Source: Candidatus Gastranaerophilales bacterium (GTDB lineage: Bacteria; Cyanobacteriota; Vampirovibrionia; Gastranaerophilales; Gastranaerophilaceae). From it: 64,000 nt of DNA. Below are positions 8,739 through 19,181 of the stretch, piece after piece (position 1 is the first letter of the stretch; each line of letters begins with the position of its first letter). A model generated the notes under the pieces. It worked only from the letters and a program-made list of their open reading frames with translations, ran no database searches and was not told the origin of the DNA. Made by a program: the position numbers and the translations under genes. Location: NCBI GenBank assembly GCA_944325895.1, contig CALVCA010000001.1, positions 91,165 to 155,164 on the forward strand, read 5' to 3'.

Positions 8739-10286
8739 ACGATTTAAAGCAGCAAGTTCTTTATAGCGGATTTTGTACTCTTCCGAATTATCAATACTTT
8801 CCGCTTCCGAAATATAATCAAAGGCTGTTTTTATATCGCCTTTTAATTTATAAATATTACTCATTTCTGCATAATATTTCGGATTGGAAATATCATATGT
8901 AATTGCACGTTTCATACATTCAATAGCTTCTTCATAATCGTTTTCGTTTAATCTGACAAGAGCTAAATAATAATATCCTTCGGAACAATTAATATCAAGT
9001 GAAAGTGCATTTTGAGCATATTCTTTTGATTTGTCAAAATCACCTTTTAAATAAGAAATTTTTGCTCCTAAAACATAGCCGTACACATAATTAGGATTAA
9101 TACCAATAATTTTATCTGCAAGTTCTAATGCTTCATCAAATTTTTTTTCTTTAATATATATATCAGCCAAATCCGAAATTCTATTGAGATTTTCGGATGA
9201 TTTCACAAGCAAAATCGTCTTTTCTGCTTTTTCAAACATATCAAGACAAACATAGGTTTTAGATAAAGACAACAAGGTAAATTCATCGTCAGGATAATTT
9301 TTTAAATTATTTTCAAGAATATTTTTAGCCTGCATAAATTCATTTTGATTATTGAGTAATAATGCTTTTAAAACATTAGCATGACAATAATTTGGATTTA
9401 AAGCGAGAATAGCATCCGTTTCTTTTTTACACTTATCAAATGCATTAATTTCATAATAAAGATATGCAAGTGAATATCTGTAATCAATATTATCCGGAGC
9501 CAAATAAATAGCTTTGGAATAAGCTTTTTGAGCTTCATCCATCCAGCCGTTAAAAAAATATGCGTTAGCTAAATTATAAAAATACACCGCACAATTTTTG
9601 TTAATTGCAGAGGCTTTTGAAAAATACTTAACAGCCTCGGTAAAATTCATATCATCAAGAGCAAAAAGTCCTAAGTAATTTAAGATTTCGGGATTATCCG
9701 ACATAGAATTGTATTTTTTTAAAATACTTTTTGCCCCGTCAATATTTCCCTCATCAAAATAAATTTTACCAAGCAGAATATTTATATTATCGTTGTTCTC
9801 CTGACAGTTTTGCAGCAATTTTTTTGCATCGGAAGATTTATTATTTTCATACAAAGCTTTTGCAATTTCATAAATGACATCCAAATCACAGTAAGGAGAA
9901 TCAATATATTCAGAAAACTTATCCGTAAGATGGAGTTTTCCTGACAATTTAACAATTTCCTGTAAATTTTTGGAATTTTTATCAAAATCAAAAATCTTTT
10001 GAGCAAATTCCAGTGCTTTTTCGTAATTATTTTGTTTTTCAAAAATTTTTTGAATTAAATTAAGACTTTCTCTATGTTCGGGATTCTTTGCAAGAACCTG
10101 CTCCAAATAGCCTGCGGCTCTTTGATAATTATGCATAAGGGCATAAATTTCACCAAGCTGAAAAAGCACTTCCGCATTATCGTTATCAAGGGAAAGAGCT
10201 TTATAGAGCATTTCAACAGCAGGCTTGTATAAACCTTGTGTTTTTAAAGAAAAAGCTTCTTTTATATAATCGACAATTTCTTGCAT
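8730..10286 (-). CDS. Tetratricopeptide (TPR) repeat protein, 518 aa
   Basis: Repeated 34-residue A..Y..AL..-P.N type units throughout, e.g. AYSKAIYLAPDNIDYRYSLAYLYY. Confidence 0.85.
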   Translation of the reverse strand: MQEIVDYIKEAFSLKTQGLYKPAVEMLYKALSLDNDNAEVLFQLGEIYALMHNYQRAAGYLEQVLAKNPEHRESLNLIQKIFEKQNNYEKALEFAQKIFDFDKNSKNLQEIVKLSGKLHLTDKFSEYIDSPYCDLDVIYEIAKALYENNKSSDAKKLLQNCQENNDNINILLGKIYFDEGNIDGAKSILKKYNSMSDNPEILNYLGLFALDDMNFTEAVKYFSKASAINKNCAVYFYNLANAYFFNGWMDEAQKAYSKAIYLAPDNIDYRYSLAYLYYEINAFDKCKKETDAILALNPNYCHANVLKALLLNNQNEFMQAKNILENNLKNYPDDEFTLLSLSKTYVCLDMFEKAEKTILLVKSSENLNRISDLADIYIKEKKFDEALELADKIIGINPNYVYGYVLGAKISYLKGDFDKSKEYAQNALSLDINCSEGYYYLALVRLNENDYEEAIECMKRAITYDISNPKYYAEMSNIYKLKGDIKTAFDYISEAESIDNSEEYKIRYKELAALNRKK

Positions 10287-10288
10287 AA

Positions 10289-10645
10289 TTACCTCTGATT
10301 TTTTTCCGCATTATTAATAATAATAAGCACTTCGTCTTCGCCGGCCATTTTAAGAGTATTACGTGCAATACCTTCAAGATTTTCAGTGGAAGAATAAGCT
10401 TTAATCTGCTCTTTTAAATCTTTATTCTTGTTTTCAGCATCATTTAATGTTCTTTTAAGAGTAATAATCTTTGCTTTATAAGCAATAATTTTTGAAACAT
10501 TCAAAATCGCACTGAAACCGATTTGAATAAGACAAAACAAAAGAACAATAGTTAAAAAAGAATAATAAAACCCTGTTTTACGCAATTCTTTTCGAGATTT
10601 ATGAGATTGTTTTGATTTATTTTTACTATCATTCATTAAATACAT
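10289..10645 (-). CDS. Septum formation initiator family protein (FtsB/DivIC-like)
   Basis: Basic N-terminus, single TM helix, coiled coil, and C-terminal ENLEGIARNTLKMAGEDEVLII typical of the DivIC/FtsB family. Confidence 0.7.
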   Translation of the reverse strand: MYLMNDSKNKSKQSHKSRKELRKTGFYYSFLTIVLLFCLIQIGFSAILNVSKIIAYKAKIITLKRTLNDAENKNKDLKEQIKAYSSTENLEGIARNTLKMAGEDEVLIIINNAEKNQR

Positions 10646-10678
10646 TATAACTTAAATTTTTTCGTGTTACAACAAATG

Positions 10679-11425
10679 TTACAATTTAAAACGAGTATTA
10701 AATTTAAGTTGTTTACGTATTAAAGCATTGGAATCATCATAAGTTTGGCTGGCACCAAATTCAAAATTCAATCTGTTTTCTTTAGTATGAGCAAGCGGTT
10801 TTACGGACAAAACAAACTCAGCTTTACGCCGGTTGCGAGTCATATCTGCAGTCAGAACTTCTTTTAGAGAAAGGAATTTATTAATTTTCAATTCAGGAGC
10901 GACATAGAGATTATCAAAATAATTGTTATAAGTACTGCCTATAGTTCTTTCATAAGCAGTTTCAAATCCAAATCTGCCTTTATCAAAGCGGGTAAAAAAG
11001 TTAGCGGTATGTTCAAGTTCGCCAAAATCGACCTCCTGCTCCATATTAGTACCAAAAGTAAATTTACCGGAGGAGGTAATATCGCTTGCATCTTTAGGGT
11101 GAATTTGATATTCCTCAGCACCGTATTTTGAATACAAAACAGGTAATTTAGTAAAAACATCTTCACCTGCAAGACTTTGCGGTTCAATTTTTTGCGGAAC
11201 TTTCAAATTTAAAACAAACTGGTTATCCTCATCTTTAAGCCTGATAACTTCAGAATCCTCAATGAATTCGGCATAACCTTTTAACGGAATATTTTCAGGC
11301 TCTATGTAATCCTGAGCATCAGCAGTATCAGTTAAAAAAATATTTCTGAGCTTAACTTCTTCTTCACAATAGCAAGGATAAGCCGCAAGAACAGATAAAA
11401 GTAACGATAAAAAAAACTTTTTCAT
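10679..11425 (-). CDS. Secreted protein, possibly outer-membrane beta-barrel; function unknown
   Basis: Signal peptide MKKFFLSLLLSVLAAYP. Alternating hydrophobic pattern and aromatic-rich C-terminal strands. No family recognised. Confidence 0.55.
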   Translation of the reverse strand: MKKFFLSLLLSVLAAYPCYCEEEVKLRNIFLTDTADAQDYIEPENIPLKGYAEFIEDSEVIRLKDEDNQFVLNLKVPQKIEPQSLAGEDVFTKLPVLYSKYGAEEYQIHPKDASDITSSGKFTFGTNMEQEVDFGELEHTANFFTRFDKGRFGFETAYERTIGSTYNNYFDNLYVAPELKINKFLSLKEVLTADMTRNRRKAEFVLSVKPLAHTKENRLNFEFGASQTYDDSNALIRKQLKFNTRFKL

Positions 11426-11490
11426 AATAATATTTTAAACCTTTAGAAATTACGGTCAAATTATTAAGCTAATATTAAATTATTGAGCAA

Positions 11491-11520
11491 TTGAGATGAA
11501 CAAAATTTTTATGATACAAT
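11491..11520 (+). promoter_or_regulatory. Candidate sigma70-type promoter for rimO
   Basis: TTGAGA (11491-11496), 18-nt spacer containing TG, then TACAAT (11515-11520). Confidence 0.4.
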
Positions 11521-11535
11521 TTTTTAAAGAGGTAA

Positions 11536-12852
11536 ATGATGAAAATAGCACTCATAAATCACGGTTGTGCAAAAAATTTAGTAGACAGTGAATTAATGCT
11601 GGGACTTTTGGCACAAAAAGGGCATCAGGTAACATTAAACGAAGATGAAGCACAGATTGTAATAGTAAATACGTGTTCATTTATACACGATGCGGAAAAA
11701 GAATCAGTACAATCCATTTTAAAACTGATACAAAAAGGTAAGAAAATTATAGTAACGGGCTGTCTGCCTCAAAAACACAACAAAGATTTAAAAGAAGCAA
11801 TTCCTGAAATATCCGCAATGGTCGGCACATCAAACATCCGTGAAATTGTAAACGTAGTTGATAAGGTAGCTGACGAGAAAAATGAAGAATACATATCCTG
11901 CATTTCGGAAAAACCCGAATATGTTTATCCTGAAAACGTAGAAAGACAACAGATAACAATGGGGGCAAGTTCATACGTAAAAATAGCTGACGGATGCAAT
12001 TACCACTGCGGCTATTGCATTATTCCGAATTTACGAGGTATATATCATTCCAGACCCATAGAAAATATTATAGAGGAAGTCAAAAACCTGGCACAAAAAG
12101 GTGTAAGTGAAGTAGTTTTAATAGCACAGGATACAACAAGCTACGGAATAGATTTATATAAAAAACAAATGCTTCCGACATTATTAAAAGAATTAAATAA
12201 AATAGAAAACTTATCCTGGATAAGAATAATGTATGCATACCCTTCCCAAATGACCGATGAATTAATTGACACAATTGCGGAATGCGAAAAGGTTGTAAAA
12301 TACATTGATTTACCGCTGCAGCACTCTGATAAAACAATATTGGAAAACATGAGGCGGCCGGTGCTTGATTATGAAAAATTAATAGAAAAAATACGGACAA
12401 AAATTCCTGATGTAGCTATAAGAACAGCATTTATTGTGGGATATCCCGGCGAAAGTGATGAACAATTCGAAAATCTTTACAATTTTGTAAAAAAAATGCG
12501 TTTTGATAAAATGGGTGTATTTGAATATTCCAGGGAGAAAAATACAGCATCATATTCAATGAAAGATCAAGTTTCAGCATCAGTAAAACATGCCCGCTAC
12601 AAAAAATTAATGGCTTTACAGCAAGAGATTTCATATGAGATAAACCAATCACGTATAGGTAAAACTTTACCTTGCATAGTTGAAAGCTACACAGATGACG
12701 GAATTGTAATTTTACGTTCACAATATGATGCTCCGGAAATTGACGGATTGGTTTACGTAAAATCAAACAAACCTGTCGTGCCAGGAGATATTGAGCGGGT
12801 TAAAATAGAAAAATCAGATGAATATGATTTATTCGGAAAATTTGTAGTATAA
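11536..12852 (+). CDS. rimO: Ribosomal protein S12 methylthiotransferase RimO (radical SAM, MiaB family with TRAM domain)
   Basis: N-terminal UPF0004 cysteines (HGCAKN...NTCSF...TGCL), radical-SAM CNYHCGYC, C-terminal TRAM-like domain. Confidence 0.88.
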   Translation: MMKIALINHGCAKNLVDSELMLGLLAQKGHQVTLNEDEAQIVIVNTCSFIHDAEKESVQSILKLIQKGKKIIVTGCLPQKHNKDLKEAIPEISAMVGTSNIREIVNVVDKVADEKNEEYISCISEKPEYVYPENVERQQITMGASSYVKIADGCNYHCGYCIIPNLRGIYHSRPIENIIEEVKNLAQKGVSEVVLIAQDTTSYGIDLYKKQMLPTLLKELNKIENLSWIRIMYAYPSQMTDELIDTIAECEKVVKYIDLPLQHSDKTILENMRRPVLDYEKLIEKIRTKIPDVAIRTAFIVGYPGESDEQFENLYNFVKKMRFDKMGVFEYSREKNTASYSMKDQVSASVKHARYKKLMALQQEISYEINQSRIGKTLPCIVESYTDDGIVILRSQYDAPEIDGLVYVKSNKPVVPGDIERVKIEKSDEYDLFGKFVV

Positions 12853-12871
12853 TTAATATGGAATTTTGATT

Positions 12872-14326
12872 ATGGAATATGCAAAGGAAGTAGAAGAACA
12901 ACAAACACGAGGAATATTTGAGGATATGGCAAAATATGCCCCCTCAAAAATTGTCGGTATGATAGGAAACGCTTTAATAGTACCGGTCTATACGAGCCTT
13001 TTGTCAACGGAACAATATGGACTTTATTCTATATCAATAGCTTTACTGTCATTTCTGTGTATAATCTTTTCCGATTGGGTAGGACTTTCGGGACTGAGAT
13101 TTTTCAGACACCACCAAATTATGGATGACATGCCAAAATACACGACAACGCTTGTGTTTATACTGATTTCAAACATGACTTTAATGTTTTTACTTTCATA
13201 CATTTTCAGAGAAAAATTTTATTCGTTTTTCCATATTCCAACAGCATATTTTATAGCAATTTTGCTGCTGATAATCCCTGTTGCTATAAGGGCATTGCTC
13301 TTTCAATTAATAAGAGCACAGCTAAAGTCTATGTCATTTACTTTATCAACTATAGTAAACCAATTTTTAACAATAGGACTTTCGGTATTTTTTGTAAAAT
13401 TTTTCAATATGGGAGCAATGGGCATGCTTTTAGGCATGGCTGTTTCAATATCATTAATTGATTTGCTGCTTATATATCAAAGCAATATTACAAAATGGTT
13501 TAAGCTGCAAAAAGTAGAGTGGACATTTTTAATTCCAATATTCAAATACGGTGTACCGATTGCTGCGACATCATTAAGTGCCTGGATTATAAACCAAAGT
13601 AATAAATTTATTATGAACAGCATAAAAGGCTTTTCGCAAGCCGGTTTAGTCGGCGTAGGATACGGTTTAACACTGCCGCTTTTATTAACGATTTTTGCAA
13701 TAATAACGGTTGCGGCAGTTCCGAGAATAATAAATATGTATGAAGAAAAAATTGATGTACGTCCGATTATATCAAGATTTGTAGGGTATTATCTTTTGAT
13801 TTCACTTCCTGTTATTTCAATTATGTCCTTGTATTGTACAGATTATGTAAGCATATTTGCTAATGAAAAATTTTATGATGCTTATAAACTTATACCTTAT
13901 TTTGCGTTTGGAACATTTTTCCTTGCAATAACCGACTATACAACACTGCAGTACCATTTGGCAAACAAAACTTATATTGAATTTATTCTGAAATTAATTT
14001 CGGGAGTTGTGGGTGTTGTATTAAATATTATTCTAATTCCCACACACGGACTTGTAGGTGTCGGGATAGGTACACTCGCTGCGAATTTATTATACTTTAT
14101 TTTAACTATAATAATAGTTTTACCTAATTTAAGGTTAAAATTCCCGCACCAAACGGTTTTAAAAATGATTTTGGCTGCAATACCGTGTGCTGCATTATAT
14201 TTTTGTTTCACAAAAATAAATTACGCAATAATTGAAATGGTTTTGCTGCTTATTGCATTTTACGTTTTTTATTTTGCGGTGTCAAAATTATTCAAAAATC
14301 TTTATCTTAATAAAAATAATTCTTAA
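12872..14326 (+). CDS. Polysaccharide/oligosaccharide flippase family membrane protein (Wzx/MOP superfamily)
   Basis: About 14 predicted TM helices and MOP-flippase-like layout. ATG 12872 is preferred over the upstream TTG. Confidence 0.75.
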   Translation: MEYAKEVEEQQTRGIFEDMAKYAPSKIVGMIGNALIVPVYTSLLSTEQYGLYSISIALLSFLCIIFSDWVGLSGLRFFRHHQIMDDMPKYTTTLVFILISNMTLMFLLSYIFREKFYSFFHIPTAYFIAILLLIIPVAIRALLFQLIRAQLKSMSFTLSTIVNQFLTIGLSVFFVKFFNMGAMGMLLGMAVSISLIDLLLIYQSNITKWFKLQKVEWTFLIPIFKYGVPIAATSLSAWIINQSNKFIMNSIKGFSQAGLVGVGYGLTLPLLLTIFAIITVAAVPRIINMYEEKIDVRPIISRFVGYYLLISLPVISIMSLYCTDYVSIFANEKFYDAYKLIPYFAFGTFFLAITDYTTLQYHLANKTYIEFILKLISGVVGVVLNIILIPTHGLVGVGIGTLAANLLYFILTIIIVLPNLRLKFPHQTVLKMILAAIPCAALYFCFTKINYAIIEMVLLLIAFYVFYFAVSKLFKNLYLNKNNS

Positions 14327-14506
14327 TATTTCTTCACAAAGACGCAATATTTTTCAGAATATGACGTTAATGTATATATGAAGTATATTGACATGATGTG
14401 CTGATTAATCTTAAAGAAACGTAATAATGCGGGATTTTAAGACATGCTCTTGGTATAATAAGAAGTGTATGAACAGCAAACATTTACAAGAACTGAAAGG
14501 ACGAAT

Positions 14507-17500
14507 ATGAAACTTGATGTTAAACGGCAAAAAAGAGTAATTGCGTCATTGTTGACAACATTTTTCTTAATGCAGCAGTCAATGGTCGTACCGGCTATGG
14601 CAACAGAAATAGGCGGCGGAAACGGCGGCTGGGTTCAAGGCAACAACGGTGTATTTGACATTCACCCGACAGCAGTAAATGGAGATGTTGGTTTCAGACA
14701 ATATGAGAAGTTTAATTTAAGTAAAGGTGACATAGCAAACCTTCTATTCAATTATGGAAACAATATTGAAACATTCATAAACATGGTAGACAGCCAAATC
14801 AACATTAACGGTATATTAAATACCATAAAAGACGGCGGTATTGGCGGAAAAGCTGTTTTCATATCGCCTGAAGGTATGGTTGTCGGAGCAAGCGGTGTAT
14901 TAAACGTAGGTTCATTATCGGTAATGACACCGACACAAAAAGATTACGAAGCATTCAAAGCAGAACCGTATCCGGGGGCATTGTCAAGTATTGAGAACAG
15001 TCAGGGTACGGGAGTTGTCAGAATAGACGGCAAGGTATTTACGGAAGGCGGAGTTGATATATCAGCAGCAGCGATTTCCGTAGGAAATACCGGATCTATA
15101 ATGTCAGGGCTTAAAGATCTTACAAAAATCACATCAGAAGCACAAGCAAACAGATTATTCAATCAATTAGTAAATACAGATAACATAACATCAGGTTCTT
15201 CATTAACGAACGAGGATGGCAGAATAGTAATAAGAGCATACGGAGACACACCGGGACTATTACAGCCGACCCAACCGACAAATCCGGGCGGTTCGGTAGT
15301 GGTCAAACCGCGTCCAAGCAATTCACAAAGTACAGGAAGTCAATCATCGACAAATGTATTTGTAAGCAAGATTACAGGCGGCAGTGACAATACTGAAGGT
15401 GTAAACATTGCAGGTAACATCAAAAACTTCGGTACCGGCGACATTTCAATAGAAAATGAAGATGTTTCAGGTATCAAGCTGGCAAGTACCGGAAATATTT
15501 CCAATCAGGGAAGTATAACATTAACAAACTCCGGTGAAGACGGCATAGTAACCGAAGGGACAATTACAGGCGGCAAAGGCACACTTACGATAAACAACAC
15601 CGGTGAAGGCGGCATTGATATTGCAAGTTCAAGCAAACTTACAAATACCGGTGCAATTAATATTACAAACACCGGCAGCGACGGCATAAATATAAGCGGT
15701 GCCGTAAACGGCAAAGGCGGTGCTGTTTCTGTAAATAACAAAGGTACAAAAGGCATAACTATCGGTAACACCGGTAAAATATCAAACAGCGGAAATATAA
15801 CCGTTACAAATTCAGGTAAAAACGGAATTAATTTAGCCGGCAGAATAACAGGTTCAAACGGAACAGTAACATTAAACAACAGCGGAGCCGGCGGGTTAAA
15901 TGTAAGCGGCACTGTTTCAAACAGCGGTAATACAAAATTAACCAATACAGCAGGCGGATTATTTGTTTCAGGTACCGTATCAGGCAGCAACGGCAATATG
16001 CAATTGACTAACAGAGGCGGAAACGGAACAAATATCAGCGGCACAGTAACTAACAGCGGTGCAATTAATGTTAACAATACATCTGGCGGTATATACGTAT
16101 CAGGAAACGTTACTGGCAAAGGCGGTGACGTAACATTAACAAATTCCGGAACTTCCGGTATTGATATAGCAAAAGGCGGAATTGTTTCAAATACCGGCAA
16201 TATAAATATTTTAAACAGCGGTGCTAACGGCATAAATATAGACGGTACCGTAACTGGTAACTCAATCGGTAACTTAATAATTAGCGATTTGGAAGCCGGC
16301 GGTATACGTATCGGAAATCTTGGCAGAGTTTCTAATAAAGGACTTGTATCGCTTATCAACCAAGGTAACGGCGGAATAGACGTTGCAGGAAACGTTTCCA
16401 GCACTCAAGGTGTTGTCGGAGTAAATAATACCGGCAGTAACGGGATAAATATTTCCGGCAATATAAACGCTTCAGGTGTTGAAATGCAAAATACAGGTGC
16501 CGGCGGAATAAATATCCAGGGTCAAGTTTCAGGCAAAAACGTATCTGTTAACAACTCAAATTCAAATATAACATTAGGAAGTGCCGATACTGAAAACAAC
16601 ATTGTTTCAAACGGCGGTGACATTAATATTCAAATTACAAACGGCAGTCTGTTAAATGCAGGTTTTGACACAACACAACTTGCTGCAACAAACGGCGGTA
16701 ACCTTATTATTAACGTTAAAGACGGCACCATCGGTGAAGAAGTCGGCGGAGGATGCGTTGGCGGTGTATGTACCGGTGTTGATCCTAACTCAAGAGATTT
16801 AACAAAATCTATTAACGTAAATGTTTCAGGCAGCGTTACTGCTAATACAGAACAAGTTAATAATTCTAACGATTTAGTTATTAACATGGCTAGTATCGAT
16901 AATGATTTAAGAGTAAATCGTATCAGTGCTGACGGCAGAGTTATTCTTCTTGCCGATTCAAAAGACAGCGGTGCTAAACCTTTCTCTATTTTGAATGCTA
17001 ACAGCAACAATGATCAAGCTAATATTGAAGGCAAAGGTATTTCTTTAATAGCTAGCGGCAGTATCGGTGAAGAAAATAACCGTTTAACATTTGACCAAAC
17101 TGCAAACAGCAATGAATACGGTGTTGATCTCTTAGCTGATCAAGGAAGTATTTATTTGAAAGGATTCAGCGATAACCACGCTCAAACTAATGTTTGCACA
17201 ATTATATCTAGACACGGAAGCGTTGATTTGGAATTCTCCGGTAATGTCAACATCGAAGAAGTTACTGCTGCTAAAACAATCAAAATTGTTACTAGAGGCA
17301 AAGTATTAGAAATCCAAAATTTAGGTACAGCTCCTAATACTCCTGTTGACTACTTCGGTGAAAACAACAGTATAGCCCCTGAAAACGTTGAGTTGACTGC
17401 TTTGGACATCAATGATAACACAAGATTAGATCCTAACAGAGCTCAAAGTGAAGTAAGGGTTGTTAATGCTAGAGTTCAGGCGGACAATGATCCTAATACT

Positions 17501-19126
17501 CAGGAAATAACAATCATAGCTGATGATGTCTATATCGACGGTAAACATTTTATAAATGATGATGAAAATAAAGTTGTTATTAACGGCAAAGAATACATCC
17601 AATTCACAGTAGAAGATGATGACAGTACAAACCCTGTCAACAGCACGGATGATAACGAAGTTACGGTCGGTACAAGACCGGTAAGACCGGAAGATGTATT
17701 AGAAATCGATCGTGATGAAGACGAAAGAAATTACTATTACGAAGACGAATTACCATTAGACAACGACAGCGATGCTGACGCCGATGCAGATGCAGACGCT
17801 GACGCAGACGCCGATGCCGACGCTGATGCCGACGCAGACGCTGATGCTGATGCTGACGCAGACGCCGATGCAGATGCAGATGCTGACGCTGATGCAGACG
17901 CAGATGCCGATGCAGATGCCGATGCAGATGCCGACGCTGATGCCGATGCAGATGCTGACGCCGATGCTGATGCTGATGCAGATGCTGACGCTGACGCCGA
18001 TGCTGACGCTGACGCTGACGCAGACGCTGATGCTGATGCCGACGCAGATGCTGATGCAGACGCAGACGCCGATGCTGACGCTGATGCTGATGCAGATGCT
18101 GACGCCGATGCAGATGCTGATGCTGATGCTGACGCTGACGCAGATGCTGATGCTGATGCAGACGCAGACGCAGATGCTGACGCTGACGCCGATGCAGACG
18201 CCGACGCAGACGCAGACGCCGACGCTGATGCAGATGCTGATGCAGATGCCGACGCTGATGCAGATGCCGACGCTGACGCAGACGCTGACGCAGATGCTGA
18301 TGCAGATGCTGACGCTGATGCTGACGCAGATGCAGACGCAGATGCCGACGCTGACGCAGACGCAGACGCCGATGCTGACGCCGACGCAGATGCTGACGCT
18401 GATGCTGACGCTGACGCAGACGCTGACGCAGATGCTGATGCAGATGCCGACGCAGACGCCGATGCTGACGCCGACGCCGATGCTGACGCTGATGCTGACG
18501 CTGACGCAGACGCTGACGCAGATGCTGATGCAGATGCTGATGCCGATGCAGACGCAGACGCCGACGCAGATGCCGACGCTGACGCTGACGCAGACGCTGA
18601 CGCTGACGCAGATGCTGATGCTGACGCTGATGCAGATGCTGACGCAGATGCTGATGCTGATGCTGACGCTGATGCTGATGCAGACGCTGACGCTGATGCA
18701 GATGCCGACGCTGACTCTGATGATGATGCGGAATATGAAGATGATTTAGGCAAACAAACTTATATACAACGTAAGCTTCTTGACGAAAACATTCCGTCAA
18801 TAGATAAACGTCAGTATATGAGGTTCGAGGTTGCCGGCAACAGAAACCCTGTTGAATTACAGCAGAATACTCAAATGGATTCATTATTAGACATCTCAAG
18901 AGGCGGTATAGCTGTTAAACACCATAATCAATTGAAAGTCGGCGATGTTGTTCCGGTACAAATTACATACGGTGATTTAAATATTAATGCAGATGTAAAA
19001 GTTGTAACCGCAACAGATGTCCGGGCAGGTGCAGAATTTGTTAACCTCGACAGGGCAACCGCAAACAAACTTCTCTATATGAACATACTGTTAGAAGAAG
19101 CGAACGGTACAATATCAATGAGATAA
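14507..19126 (+). CDS. Two-partner-secretion (TpsA/filamentous-haemagglutinin-like) exoprotein with beta-helix repeats, a (Asp-Ala)157 tract and a C-terminal PilZ domain
   Basis: SD AAAGGA before ATG 14507. Extended signal peptide ending VPAMA. TPS domain ([19 protein letters not shown]...INGILNT...[27 protein letters not shown]). G/N/T/S-rich repeats. DA tract 17771-18712. PilZ motifs RQYMR and DISRGG. Confidence 0.85.
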   Translation: MKLDVKRQKRVIASLLTTFFLMQQSMVVPAMATEIGGGNGGWVQGNNGVFDIHPTAVNGDVGFRQYEKFNLSKGDIANLLFNYGNNIETFINMVDSQININGILNTIKDGGIGGKAVFISPEGMVVGASGVLNVGSLSVMTPTQKDYEAFKAEPYPGALSSIENSQGTGVVRIDGKVFTEGGVDISAAAISVGNTGSIMSGLKDLTKITSEAQANRLFNQLVNTDNITSGSSLTNEDGRIVIRAYGDTPGLLQPTQPTNPGGSVVVKPRPSNSQSTGSQSSTNVFVSKITGGSDNTEGVNIAGNIKNFGTGDISIENEDVSGIKLASTGNISNQGSITLTNSGEDGIVTEGTITGGKGTLTINNTGEGGIDIASSSKLTNTGAINITNTGSDGINISGAVNGKGGAVSVNNKGTKGITIGNTGKISNSGNITVTNSGKNGINLAGRITGSNGTVTLNNSGAGGLNVSGTVSNSGNTKLTNTAGGLFVSGTVSGSNGNMQLTNRGGNGTNISGTVTNSGAINVNNTSGGIYVSGNVTGKGGDVTLTNSGTSGIDIAKGGIVSNTGNINILNSGANGINIDGTVTGNSIGNLIISDLEAGGIRIGNLGRVSNKGLVSLINQGNGGIDVAGNVSSTQGVVGVNNTGSNGINISGNINASGVEMQNTGAGGINIQGQVSGKNVSVNNSNSNITLGSADTENNIVSNGGDINIQITNGSLLNAGFDTTQLAATNGGNLIINVKDGTIGEEVGGGCVGGVCTGVDPNSRDLTKSINVNVSGSVTANTEQVNNSNDLVINMASIDNDLRVNRISADGRVILLADSKDSGAKPFSILNANSNNDQANIEGKGISLIASGSIGEENNRLTFDQTANSNEYGVDLLADQGSIYLKGFSDNHAQTNVCTIISRHGSVDLEFSGNVNIEEVTAAKTIKIVTRGKVLEIQNLGTAPNTPVDYFGENNSIAPENVELTALDINDNTRLDPNRAQSEVRVVNARVQADNDPNTQEITIIADDVYIDGKHFINDDENKVVINGKEYIQFTVEDDDSTNPVNSTDDNEVTVGTRPVRPEDVLEIDRDEDERNYYYEDELPLDNDSDADADADADADADADADADADADADADADADADADADADADADADADADADADADADADADADADADADADADADADADADADADADADADADADADADADADADADADADADADADADADADADADADADADADADADADADADADADADADADADADADADADADADADADADADADADADADADADADADADADADADADADADADADADADADADADADADADADADADADADADADADADADADADADADADADADADADADADADADADADADADADADADADADADADADADADADADADADADADADSDDDAEYEDDLGKQTYIQRKLLDENIPSIDKRQYMRFEVAGNRNPVELQQNTQMDSLLDISRGGIAVKHHNQLKVGDVVPVQITYGDLNINADVKVVTATDVRAGAEFVNLDRATANKLLYMNILLEEANGTISMR
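15430..16560 (+). repeat. In-frame degenerate ~19-21-codon repeats encoding parallel beta-helix-type units
   Basis: Reiterated TNSG-x-x-GINI-x-G-x-VTG-x-x-G-x-VTLNN units, e.g. [27 protein letters not shown] and [17 protein letters not shown]. Confidence 0.7.
17771..18712 (+). repeat. 942-nt period-6 tract (GAY GCN)157 encoding uninterrupted Asp-Ala dipeptides
   Basis: Read directly and in frame with the TpsA ORF. Third codon positions vary between units. One 90-nt tandem duplication: 18361-18450 vs 18451-18540, 88/90 identical. Confidence 0.95.
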
Positions 19127-19135
19127 TAATAAGTT

Positions 19136-19163
19136 AAAAGCCCGGCCAGGCCGGGCTTTTTTT
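19136..19163. terminator. Bidirectional intrinsic terminator
   Basis: AAAAGCCCGGC-cag-GCCGGGCTTTTTTT lies between the convergent TpsA gene and the 590-aa gene. Confidence 0.85.
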
Positions 19164-19181
19164 ATGCAATTATTAACTATA

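Noticed and set aside
15505-16404. 299-aa antisense ORF inside the TpsA repeat region. Similar antisense or out-of-frame ORFs occur inside hydB, hydA, clpB, the SNF2 gene, the helicase gene and the MATE gene (e.g. 5212..5904, 7709..8152, 22655..23065, 62424..63047).
   Set aside because: These are shadow ORFs lying fully within much longer ORFs that carry clear family motifs. They have low-complexity or biased translations and no SD sequences.
17771-18712. Possible CRISPR array or non-coding microsatellite.
   Set aside because: The period is 6 nt with no repeat-spacer organisation. The tract is perfectly in frame inside a long CDS, and no cas genes are present in the window.
17661-18899. Three long ORFs in other frames or on the other strand across the DA tract: a 412-aa His/Gln/Arg/Leu-rich ORF, a 338-aa poly-Ser-Ala ORF and a 325-aa Met/Leu/Thr/Gln/Pro-rich ORF.
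   Set aside because: These are automatic by-products of a period-6 GAYGCN repeat that lacks stop codons in several frames. Only the DA frame is continuous with bona fide N- and C-terminal domains (TPS, PilZ).
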